Assembly (NCBI GenBank): GCA_047495785.1
Contig: JBLDXI010000019.1
Span: forward strand, 682,001-746,000
DNA from: Lepidodermella squamata
Lineage: Eukaryota > Animalia > Gastrotricha
Length of the DNA: 64,000 bases
Reading direction: 5' to 3'
Of this stretch, positions 1 through 12,138 are shown in pieces (positions within the stretch are counted from its first letter, which is position 1; every line of letters begins with the position of its first letter). Under the pieces are notes generated by a model. That model did not search any database, was not told where the DNA came from, and worked only from the letters and a program-made list of their open reading frames with translations. The translations under genes were made by a program, and so were the position numbers.

Positions 1-317
1 TTAATGGTAAGGACAAACTACTGAAAAATGTCTACAACTTGTATACATATTTTGGTTTTACCTTTTACCCTACAAAATTCTTGCCGATGATTGGCGAAAA
101 TATTTCTTGAATCAGATCGCTGAAATAATGTTCCCCCTTCATGGAATCTGTACTTAACCTCAGAGTGCGTGATAGACGATAGACCCAAGCACTTTTAGTT
201 GGAATAATTTATGCTGCTATGATTCATTTTACATCACAGTTGTATGATGAATAATGTGCTATCTGACTGATAAAAGCTTGTCGTATATTAAGGGCAAAAA
301 ATAGTAGGAATAGCAAC

Positions 318-1064
318 ATGGCATCTACGATTTGTAATCGGGTGGAAATGCTTTCAATCAAAACAGTGTTTGTGCTTGGTTTGCCCGGGGCCGGTAAAGG
401 AACTCTTTGCAATAAGCTCGTCGAGGTAAAATCATGAATCTCTTACTAATTCCCCGACTTCAGTTCTCATTTTTTTCATTCAAGAAATACGGTTGCTGTC
501 ATGTTTCAGCTGGTGATGTTTTGCGTAAGGCTCGAGATGATCCAACTAGTCCGGACCGTCAGCTATTGATGGACTATCTCAAAGAGGGACGGCTGGTGCC
601 TAATAGCGTTATCATGGATATTTTGGATCGAGACATTGAAACTCAGCTGAAAACAGCCAAGTCCCCATTGGTTTTAGTCGACGGTTTCCCAAGAAGCCTA
701 ACTAACCTTAGCGGCTGGGAAGATTCTCTTGGTCAAAAGTATCCGGCACAAGCAGTCATTTTGCTTGAAGGATCTAGTGAATTGTTCACGGATAGATGCC
801 TCAAACGAACTGGTCGCCCTGAGGATACACTCGAGACCCTGAAAAAGAGGCAAGTATACCAGATGACTTATAACAAGAGGTTTTTGGTTTAACTGATTCG
901 TTCTATCTAGAGTTCAGAATTTCTACGACCAGTCCCACGTGGTGGTTGATCATTTCAGTGGTAAACACATGCTGTATCGATTTGACAGCTCAGGTGACAA
1001 GGATGCTGTTTTCAATGCAGTCGAAGGGAAACTACTAGAACTAGGGATTCTCTACTCAAAATAG
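318..1064 (+). CDS. CMPK1: UMP-CMP kinase (adenylate kinase family), 3 exons: 318-425, 485-849, 911-1064
   Basis: Spliced translation gives VFVLGLPGAGKGT (P-loop), HVSAGDVLR, LVDGFPRS..NL.GW and a short LID GRPEDT..LKKR. Intron 2 needs a GC donor (850 gcaagt) to join in frame to the last exon, which ends in TAG at 1062-1064. Confidence 0.9.
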
Positions 1065-1464
1065 TTTGCTTTTAGCTAGACTGACTTCGCCTTACTCAAA
1101 AACCCGAAAGAGTGGAGACTTTCAGTCGCGAGCAAGTAAAACAAATAAATCCTTTTCATGAAGACCAAAGCACTAATGCTCTACTGGCAACTGCCAAACA
1201 ACATCCAAGTCAGATCAATCTCTAGTTTATTCTTCCATATCTCTATCGTCATTGGTAATTTATCATTGACTAAATATTATTTACCTCACAGATCTTAGGC
1301 GGCTTGAGATTCTTAAGCAATCAATTTTCTAACTAGTGAAAAATTACCTATATAGACCAAACTTTCACGGACAACATCATACAGGTTATTGAATTGAGGA
1401 ATGACGGTTTTCAATGAACCGTCTCAAGGTTTTCCAGAAGACCCATATACTCGTACGCATGTAA

Positions 1465-3990
1465 TTAGTGCGAAGAGGCGAAAATCCGTCTCAAATGTGA
1501 TGAACTGGTCCAGGCTGGCATCCTGAAACCACCACTAGGATGAGGACTTATATCCTCATGATGCGCTGCAGTTGCAGGCCTCGATCTGGAATGCTTTTTG
1601 AGTTTCGTGAACAAAATCAGGCCGTTATTAATGGCGGCGAACAGGAAACTTGTGATAGCGGCAAGAATGGCCAAAGCTTGACTTGAGCGGGCAACAAGCA
1701 GTCCGATAGCCACTCCAGCTAGGATGATCGTAGCCAGTACGTACACGGCTGATGTGATTCGCCTCACTAACCATGCGGAGCGAGATCTGATGACGCGATT
1801 CTTCACTAGAGATCGAGCTCTAAAGGCTAAAAGCAGCGCCCTTACGAGATTTAAAACGAATCCCAAGCCAGCAATTGCAGTTAAAGCTGTTGAAATCGGA
1901 GACTTATATGTCAGTGACGAGAGGACGCTGCACTCTATAAACAGATGTTGGTGAACAACAAAGTGACTAGTCGCCGAAGAAGCATCCGCATCACGAACAG
2001 AATTGATGGGCTGGAAAGGTTCAATTGCGATAGATAAAGCCAATAGTAATGGCGGCAGGAAGGTGAACAATATGATGCGAACCACCTTGACCTTCGAATT
2101 TCGAAACAAATTCAGCTGATTCACCTCATGAACTATTTTCTCTGAAATGACAACGAGAGATGCGTTGTACCCAAGTGCAAAAAGCACGACCATTGCTGTA
2201 ATGTTAGGACAGGGATTTAGAACAAATCCAACAGGCATGACAAAAGTATGCGTGACTCCGATCAAACTTCCTGTTAAGAAAAAGGCAGACAACATAACTC
2301 CACTGGCACGTCTAGCCAATACATAAACCAAGTGCGAAATCGTCAACAAAGAGAGGGCTGCCGCACACGTAAACAGAGTGATGTTAATTGTCATGGTGAC
2401 GAACGGCGTGTTAACAACCAACACTTGTAGCCGATCTTTGGGTGGTAAGCCGTCTTCAGTGTACCACTGAATTTTCCCATCGTAGACAGTCATTTTGTCT
2501 TTAAGCTTTGTGGAAACGTAGTGGCCGACATTTCCAGACTTACTCTGGCCTTTTTCAACCACAGATTGAGTGAAAACGATAGGCATGTAACCCGTAGGGA
2601 GATCAATTTTCGGATTGTAGCTCCATTCACCCTTGATGCCCTTCAAAAACAGTTTTCCAGACATTTGCCGGAAAAGCTCAATTATGAAAGAAGGATTTCG
2701 ATTGTAATTTACAGAATCCAGCGTCCAATCAGCCAAAGATGAATTGCGTAAGTTCAAATAATTTTCAGATTCATTGAGCAAATACCCAGCTATTACAATC
2801 CGGTCATAAATGACAGGCGCGAAGTATTCGTAGCCAATAGCCGGAGAGACATCATCCACGCCTTGGCGGACATAATTAAGAAAGGAATCCTTGGTTTCAC
2901 CTAGCGAATCTTTGAAATCATCCCCGAAAATGTCGGCCATGAATCCATCTGAAAAGAAAATGAACCTTGGTATGACTTGCAGGAGCATTTCCTTGGTACA
3001 CCATGAAGCCATGGTGTCCGGAATGTCATTGGTCTCGTCAAAGAAGGTCCAGCCATATGAGAAAACGACGTAAGCGGGGCTGTACATATCGTACTTGTGG
3101 AGGTAGCAAGCAATGGGCAGAGCACTTCTAATTAATCCCAACATGATGATTCTTGGCTCTTTCTTCTTCAAAGAAGTAAACACCGAGTTCATTTCGAAGT
3201 CATCTATTTCTTCTCCAAACTTTTCCATAGCAATGAGGGAGACGTTTTTTGCTTCGAACTCTCGTACCATTACGGGATCCATCTAGAAAAAGCGTTAGTT
3301 TTTCAGTTATGAGCATAAGAAGCCTCGAAGCATTCATCTTACCATATTATTAAATGTGTTGGTGTCTGCCAAAACTGCGACTCGTTTCCATCCCATCTTG
3401 TTGATGAACTCGACTCCGGCCGGTACAAAGTAGTCCTGTCTCTCACCAAAGGGCAAATAATTAGGGTAGCGAGATTTAGAATCAAATATTTGAGGCATGG
3501 GATAAATGTTCGTGCCCATCATATTGTATCCACGCAAGATGTTCACCAGTTTCATTTGACCTTCTTGGGCCGATTCCATCAGGATTACAAGGGGGAGGAC
3601 CGCTTCATTGTCGTCATCGCTGTAACTTCTCAACTGTTTTGTCAGCTCTACAATCGATGCAGTGTCCTCGCATCGGTCGTCGATCAGGTCGAATTGCAAG
3701 TTGTACCCTGGCAACCAGTTTGGCTGACTAGTGAGCTTCTCGAGGGCAAGTCTTTGAGCTAAAACGCCGATCGGACCAAGAGGATTGCCGCTTGAATACA
3801 TTAGCGACGTGAGCACTCTTAATAATTTCGGCCTCGTCGATGTGTAGTTGACGCTTTGGTTTCGCCAGGTGTCTACCCTCATGTATGAGGGCATCGGCGT
3901 GGTTATGGGAACAACATCCATTTTCAGATTTTGCGCTCCGATCAGAATAAAATTCTTCGCAATCCAAAGAATAATGCTCAAAGTTAACAT
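1465..3990 (-). CDS. Class C GPCR, GABA-B-like (Venus flytrap + 7TM, no Cys-rich domain), copy 1; exons 3990-3343 and 3282-1465
   Basis: Signal peptide MLTLSIILW..., WLPGYNLQFDLIDDRC, MGWKRVAVL, LKKKEPRII, IQWYTEDGLPPKDR, seven hydrophobic segments, ECL2 Cys (IEC), TM7 end LFTKL. One 60-nt GT-AG intron. Confidence 0.85.
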
Positions 3991-4683
3991 TCTTGAATGC
4001 AAAACAAGTTTTTTGAATGGGTTTGTTAGTCTGAAGTCTGAACCACAATTTTTCGAGACCTGGACTCGTGTTAAAACCATTTTAATGCCTCCGTAGTAGG
4101 TACAACAGTATAGAGGCCACAATAAGCCTGGAATAGAGAGAAAAGTGCTACATAGCGCATTACCGGGTTCACCCTTGCACAGAATAGCAGAGAGAAATAT
4201 GCATAGCATTTCGAACCGCTCAAAACACGCTACCTATGATTAGAAAGCTTGCACATTTTTTCTTGACATTCTGAGAGCGTCTAAGGAGAGCAGCTTGAAT
4301 AGTTGTCTGTCTCTACGCATCAGCCAATCCACGTAAATCTGTCACTCGAGAATCCACTTCCTTTGCTAATAGCACGAGGGCGCAAAATAACAGGAAATTT
4401 CAGATCTGACACAGTTTCGCCCATCCCCAATTTCGTATATACTCACGGAAATGCCATTCTGTTAATTTGAACAATACCTGCTAGGACAAACCAAAGTGCT
4501 CATCATTCGATCGATTATTGTGACACTTAAATAAGCTTTAACACGGCGGCTGATGACTCAACCAGGGCAAAAGCGCATTTAGACGTTTATTTTTGAAAAC
4601 ATTTGTTGTTTTACATGTCTCTAACTTGAACACAATATCATCAGACAAAGCTCATTGCGTCGAAATTAAAACGAAAAAGGAGA

Positions 4684-7600
4684 TCATGTGGCCTTGTATC
4701 CGTTGATGGAGGCTATCAATATGGCAGTTCGCCCTTTCCGATCCGCAATGCCGGGGTCTGCTCCATTGGCCACCAAACACTCGACAGTATCCCAGTGTTT
4801 GTTTTTCGCAGCTAGTGACAGAGCAGTATCGCCATTGCTATTCCTCCGATTAATGAATTTTCTGTCCTTCAACTTGCCGCTTTTAGACAGCTGAGAAATA
4901 ATAAGTGACACAACCTTAGAGTGGCCACTTCTGGAAGCTATTGTGAGGACGGTGTCACCATCACCATCTGTGGTGGTGGCATCAACTTCGGGACAGTTTT
5001 GCAGCAAAGCTTCAGCTACATCCGCGAATCCAAATTGGGCAGCTGCTAGAAGCGCGGTACTTCCACTGTTGCTTTTAGCGTTAACATTCGCTCTGTACTC
5101 AACAAGCAATTCTACCATTTCGAGCCATCCCGATGAGCAAGCTATCATTAAGCATGTAATGCCTTTCGCATCTTTGACGTTGACATCTGCCCCATTGTCG
5201 AGGAGAATCTTTGCCACAGCGTAACTTCTCCTCTGAATCGCTAACATCATCGCAGTAACTCCATTCGAGTCCTTCATCTCGATTTTAGCGCCGTTATTGA
5301 GTAGAAAATCGACAGAATCTGCGTCATTTGCGAGCACTGCCATCATCAGAGGGGTAACACCGGATTTAGAAGCCGAGTTTACGTTTGTCCCCATCGACAA
5401 CAACATATGAGCACAATTTGTCCGTTTGTTTTGAAGGGCCAACATTGCGGCATTACAGCCGTCGTTGTTACAAGAATTCACAAGTTTGTTTGCCGAACCG
5501 GATCTCTCCACAATTAGCTCTATAGTCTCGATATAGCCCCCGCGAGCAGCCATCATTATGAGAGTATTACCAGACATGTCTCTTTCATCAAGATGGCGAG
5601 CCTCTCCAGGCCGGCTATTCAGCAGCATCTCCAAAATCTCATGGTGACCATTTTGGCAGGCTGCCATGACCAAAGACTTGCAAAGCTGTGTTTTCACGCT
5701 AGTTTTAGCACCTAAGGCGAGAAGTAGCTGGACTGTTTTGAAGTGCCCATTCTGGACAGCACTGAAGATAGCCGTTACTCCATCAACCGTCTTCAACTCC
5801 AAGTTGGCCCCATGCTTTGCTAAATTTCGAACAATATCTGTATAGCCGTATTGAGATGCGACCATCAAAGCGCTGATTCCAGACCGATTTTGGATATCTA
5901 CATTGACTCTATGCTCCAGTAACAGTTTAACAATATTTAGATGCCCGAAGTAGCTAGCTTCTATTAGAGCTGTAGATCCATTGTCGTTAGTCGCATTCAA
6001 ATCAACGCCTTTATCGAGATGGTGTAGTAGAAATTGAACGATATCCTCCCTGCCATTAGCAGCAGCAGCTATGAGAACTGTAGACCCATTCTTGGACCGT
6101 ACATCGTCGATATCCCATAAATACTGCTCGTCGGTAATTGTTCGAATTTGAGTAGAAACTGTTTTCAAATCACCGTGTATTGCAGCTGCTATCATCGGGG
6201 TGCATTCAATTGAATCCTGCGCCTCATCAAACCAGTACTTTCGATCTTTCACCAAGCTGAGCATTATCTGATAATTTGGTTGGGTTACCAAGAATTCATA
6301 CAAGGATTTGTGTTCTTGAGACGAGTCTTGATGATTTTTCGCGATCAGAAGCAAGAGGCTATCACCCTCATGATCACATTCAGACATTGCTCTCAGGATA
6401 TTAAATTTTCTGAGGACGAATTTTTTCAGGAATTTCGAAAGAACAAGCAGCGAAATCTTCCGGCCGGTGTGATCTGTCCAGTCGAGGTGGTAAAGAAATC
6501 GCAAAAAGTTACACGGCGAAGAGTTGACGATGAATGAATCGCTATTTGTAGTGCAGAGCTCCCACAAGTGATAACTTTCGACATTGGTCGCGAGTTGGCG
6601 AAGGAAATGCTCTTGCTTCTGAATCACCGCATTGCGCAGAACTGAGAAGTCGACAACCTTCACGCGAAGATCTTGCAAAGACGTTGCTATATTGAATCGT
6701 GGAAGGGACTTTAACGCGGATTTGTGAAGGAGTTGATGCAGAACGACGTAATCTCGATCTAGTTTTCGAATTTTACTAGCCAAGCCATCGCGAGTAAACA
6801 GTTTAACCAGCTCAGTTGCTTCCGTCTCACCACATTGCCACAGAATGGCAAGTCCTTTAACATCGATTAATTCGTCAGGACAAAATAGGAGAAGTGAGAA
6901 GAACCGAAATATTGTCGTCTCGTCGTATGACATCAATAGGCAGTACACCAACCTTCGAAGCACAATATAGGGCTGGTCTTCCTCGCTCAGTCCATCAGGC
7001 ATTGGCTCCAAGTAATCCATCATCACGTCGACACTATGAACGTCTTTGACCAACAAATAGAACTTGAGAATGATCCCACTGATAATTGATAGACCATGGT
7101 TTATCGCGGACATTCTTCTGGCCAAAGCGGGCGGGAGGGAGTAAGATTCCTCGAGGTAAGATGAAAGCAGGTCCTCATGAATAGGGTCAAGGTGAATATT
7201 CCTTGCTGGGCTGTCATTCGGAGTATCGGTGATCAATATGAATTTTGCCGATTTACTTTTGAGGGAATTAAGATTTTCAACAACTTTGTTGACACTTCTA
7301 AGGTTATCAAGGATGAATAAAAGTGGGGAGCCGTGCAGACTTCGGTCTATAAGCTTGCCAAGGTGATTAGGATGTCTAGTTTGTTCGAAATAGTTTCCAC
7401 TCGGCGGATTCGTGAGGTGCTTGGAGGCTTGGTACAAATAATCGCAAAAGACCTCCATGTCATCGATTCGGTTAGTGTAGTGGACCCAACAAAAATTGGA
7501 GGACAGTCCCATTGACTTCAGGTTTGGATTTTTCGATGCGAGAACACTGGAAACAAAAGTAGACTTCCCCACTCCTTTGTTGCCACTGATAACAATACAC

Positions 7601-7785
7601 GACTCTGTAGCATTGAAAATAAACAAATCTTATGAAACAATGGAAGTAAGCAAACCTGATGATGACAGCCGGCATAGGTCTGTGATAGCCCCTTCGAGAG
7701 CTTCTCTCTCGGCTAGCCGACAGCTGATTTGCAAGTTGTCTTCGTGTTCCATTACAGGCACGGCAAAGTTGCTGCAAAGCGCCAT
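4684..7785 (-). CDS. NB-ARC/STAND P-loop NTPase + winged helix + about 14 ankyrin repeats; exons 7785-7656 and 7604-4684
   Basis: Walker A GNKGVGKS, Walker B LLFILDNL, FSLLLFCP...LAILW winged helix, MHD-like LHQ, then repeated G.TAL..AA..G...IV..LL..GA.VN. A 51-nt GT-AG intron (7655-7605) joins MALCSN...RLAEREALEGAITDL in frame. Confidence 0.85.
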
Positions 7786-8963
7786 CTTTCAGGCAAGATG
7801 GCGTTAGAAGCGTGAGAAAACTTAATGACCGACATTTTAGGATTCCAATTGACTTTACAAATTCCGGCAAGTCACGTCACTTTAAGGTGAGAAAAACTGT
7901 GTGGGGGTTTGCCGCCGGCAGCCGCTTAGTAAGAGCAATCGATCATCATATAGGTCGCTATGTTTTCAATCACGCATGTTTACGTCTCCATCGATTGAAC
8001 CTAGCTGGGTTGAATTAATGATGAGTAAGAGCTACGTTAAAAGACATGTCTCGATGATGAAAGCAAAACAATTTAAAATTTAATGCGAACGATTTTTCCA
8101 TCAATATTTTTGAGTGCTGTCACGGTAGCAATTTATTGAACAAAGTCATCCGTCTTTCGAGCCGAACTGAAGTAAAGGAGCATAGTCGTATCAGATATTA
8201 GGATTCAAGTGAATCGATCTCATAGTGCGCGCGTTTCAAAGGTACCTATCTTCGTCGTTGCAGTACACTCGTCCCGCGAGAATTTTCCTTTTCCTCGCTT
8301 CGTTCGTGAAACTTTCAACAAACCTCGGAGGACGTGATCTTTGCTCCTGCACAGTTGGGACATGAATAAAAACTGAAAATATGTTACAGAATGGCCGATA
8401 TAGCCGCAAGATTAGGAAAAAATGTGGCTATTCAAGATATGACTGCTCAATTTGCGGGCTTTTTCGACTAATGCTCAGCATGCTCTGAGTCATTTTTTAA
8501 TGCATTTTTCAAACGCGAGGGTATGTCTTGAAACAGGAAGCATCTTGAATTGAAATACTTGAATTGATCAAACGGCACTTGTGAAATATTACAAATAGCT
8601 CAAAACTGAATTTGATAGCTATAGGTAATAAGAGGTTCGGATCAGGCCGATATTATTCATCCACGTCCAATGAGAGGTAACGTTTCCGTTGTCCATGCTG
8701 GTTTGAAGGAAGCTGACAACCGACAAAGCTTATAAATTTTTCCCTGTGGTGCTGCAATCACCGCAGAGCTTGATTACGAACCTTCTGCCTAATAGTATGA
8801 TAATATTAGAAACAAAGCAAGACAAAAAAATCGACTTCCTGCTCATTTTCAGATTGTATTTCAATGCTATCTTTCACGCAATCACTTTATAACCACGCAA
8901 TATATGTTGGCTTGAAAATAAATTCCGATCATAGGCTAGTTCAAGCAAAGCGCAAAGTCAAGA

Positions 8964-11826
8964 ATGATAGTTGTAATTAAAATCTTCTTCTCTATATCAT
9001 CATGCGCACAGGTATTCGGAGATGGGACAAGTGGAAATCAGCGAAACAAAATACCCATGGATCAGCCTATGCCTGCTTATGGCAGCTTGTTTTCAAACGA
9101 GACTAGAAGTGCCAAAAACATAACGATACTTAATTCTGTATCTTACTCCGGCTTATTCCCAATCGGTCCGATCAGCACTGAATCATCGGTTGCGGCGCTT
9201 GAACAGTTGCAATCTGCTCTTGGAATACTTCCAGGCTACAATTTACGACTCGAGTTCTTTGACGACAAGGTTAGATCACGTGAAGTCTTAAGCCCGAAGT
9301 CTTTTTTAACTTTGCAATATAGTGCGACGATGCCAAGGCAATATCTGAGCTGGTGACGCGCTTGAGAGATAACGATGAAGAAAACCGCTTCCCTGTTGTA
9401 ATTCTCAATGACTGCATCGACGTTGGTCAACTCATAGCAGGTTATATCGTTAAACCGTTCAACAATTTGGCTGTGAGTTTCACGAGTTCTTAATTCACTT
9501 TCATCAGTAAAGTTCATCCCATTGTATAGATTGCCATCGCGCAATTAAGCTTCAAACTGCAAGAACTTCGCGCAAAGATGCCGAATTTTTATGACCTGGG
9601 GGAGAGGGCTGACTTTGGCTGTGTCGCTTTAGCAAAATTTCTGGTACTACTGAACTGGCGACGGGTTGCGGTTGTCTCACATACAGATGCATTTTGCAAC
9701 ATGGTTAGATATTCTCCGCTTAGACAAGCCTATAAGCCCGTAAATTTATTTTAAAGTTGGACGTGATTTTGGTGAACGAATTCGAGAAAAGCAACATTAC
9801 CATTGCATACCATTTGAAAACCGATTTGAAGTTGAACGACGAAAGCTCAGCTTCGCTTTTTGAAGAGATGAAGCAAACAGACCCACGAGTCATTATCACT
9901 CATACTTCCTCGGCTGAGGTCGTTGCTTGCTGGATGCGTCGATTTGGATTTTACGGTCCTCATATTCAGATAATGACATTTCTGTGGATATCTATAGACG
10001 AAACTGCTCTTCCGAGTGATACACAACCATGGTGCTCTCAACAAATGATCCGAGAAGTGATTTACAGTTTTACCCATCACTGATTTTCTTGATAACGCTA
10101 TGCAGGTTTTAAGTAGCTTCTGGTATTTCGGAGACTCAACCATAGCGGATATCTACGGGGTAAATGCCTCCGATTCTACAGGGCTCACTCTCGATAGATT
10201 GCAAAACCGTCTTCGAGATAAGATTGAGCGTGTCGATGACGCCGCACCTATATTGGCTTATTGGCCCCCAATATTTTACGACCGTGTGTTAGCTGTCGGC
10301 CTAGTTCTAAACGAGACTGAAGGCGTTCTGAATCAGCGTAAGCTAATACCATTAGAAATGACTAATTTTCCTATCTGAGTTCAAGGTAACCAAACGTTGG
10401 CAGATTGGACAACATCTTCCGACAGGTTTATCGCAAACGGCACAGAGATCGTGGATGTCATGAAGAACGTCCTTGTAGAGAAATTCAGTTTTACAGGTTT
10501 GAAGGGGCAGTACAGCTTTGACAAAACGAATCAGCTGCCTACAGGAAGCACGCCCTTCATCGTAGTTCAGCAGATTTACTCTTGCGAGAGAAAGGCTGCA
10601 AATGAATTGAGAATAGTTGCGAATTATCTTTCTGCTAGGAAAGATAGACCTATTGTCATCCTCGACAAGATGATCTGGAGAACTGTCGATGGCCTGCCTT
10701 CGAGAGACGCGATAGTCGTGCTAACGAAGATCCTTCCCTTCATGTCACTGGAGTCAAACATCATCCTAAAAGGTAGGCGACATAGAATGTGAGGTTAATT
10801 GAGCTGATTATCGCTTCTGCAGCAATCGCAGCCTTACTTTTACTATCGATAATTTCGGCAATTTTTGTCTACTTCGTACTTCGCCACGCTGTCAGCAGGA
10901 ATAAATTACATGAACTGGACATGGTAAGTGTAAGCGGCGCTGCTGTTCTCGTGTGCCACGTCTTCGCGATCCCGATGGATTCAGCACAAAACAGTAGATC
11001 TGAATGTGGCTTAATTGCTGAAATGCTGTACATTGGATACTGCATGATGACCATCGGTTTGTTCCTGAAAAGTTGGCAAAGCTTGAATTCTATGCCACCT
11101 TTGAGACAAAAACCGAGTTACTTGAGGCCGAATCCACCCGAATCTATCAAAACTGACAGTGTAATCGAAATTGGCAAATGTGCCTTGTGGGTTCTGGTCA
11201 ATGCCGCTCTTATAAAAACTTATCCATCTTGCCTAATCAGACAATTCTAAAGGAGGTGAGATTCCAGGTCTTGGACCGATACGAAGCCTATGCAGTTCGG
11301 GAATATCGCTACGAATGCGCATTATTCACCGAGATAGGTCCCACCGAATTCACAATTCTAGCTGTAATTGTGGTATTGCAAACTACGCTTCTTGCAATCG
11401 CATGCGCCAGATCAGTGATGGGGAATATGGTAAATCTTTGCATCTTTCAGTCATTCTGGAACGCGCAATATTATGTTAATTTAGCGATTCTTCAATCGGC
11501 AAATTACGATGAGTGATTTCAGGTTTTCATCTATCGGCATTTACGGTACTGCAGTATTGCTGTTGGCTTGTGCTTTCGTAGTGTTGCTCGACAGCTCCAA
11601 CGGTGAACATGTACAACTGACGGCGTCGAGCTTCTCGCTTTGCATCGCAGCGCTAATATCAGGGTTAGCGATTCTTCCAAAAGTTAGTTGAGACATAGGC
11701 AAATCTTAGGCTTAGCTATATCATCTTGTTTTATAGGTGAGGAAAACAAGCTCCGCTAACAGAATCGGCAGCAGAACTACTGTGGCGTGGAGCAGTATCC
11801 GCAGAAGCTGCATCGGGGCGGTATAA
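8964..11826 (+). pseudogene. Class C GPCR copy 2 (9 exons) with a frameshift after TM4 (pseudogene or assembly error)
   Basis: Exon-by-exon homology to copies 3-5 with the same 8 intron positions. At about 11223 it lacks 4 nt relative to paralogs (tat-cc-atc vs tac aca tcc att), giving TAA at 11248-11250. The homologous sequence continues in another frame (ILPNQTILKEVRFQ...YRYECALF). Confidence 0.75.
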
Positions 11827-12138
11827 ACGACAAGCTTTACAAATGAACCGTGAACATTTCTCCAACTACACTTTGAATGCTTTATGATGAAGACAGCTGG
11901 CACAAAAATAGTGAAATAGCTAACCTTATACCAACTGATTTTCAAGAAATACTAAACTAATGTTTATAGTAATAAATAATTGGTTAGTAATTAGGCGCGT
12001 TTTGCATTGTAAGGTGTTTACGACAGTGTGATTCAGATTAGGCATATCACGTCGTCTCCTCGAAAGCCGAGGCATGTACCCACAATCCTTTTCGATAGCT
12101 TTCTCAATACACTTTACATTAAAAGCACCGAAGGAGCA

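Noticed and set aside
7629-7655. 27-nt intron option in the NB-ARC gene (acceptor ataag)
   Set aside because: It is in frame but far shorter than other introns here. The 51-nt version ending ctacag fits the local size range.
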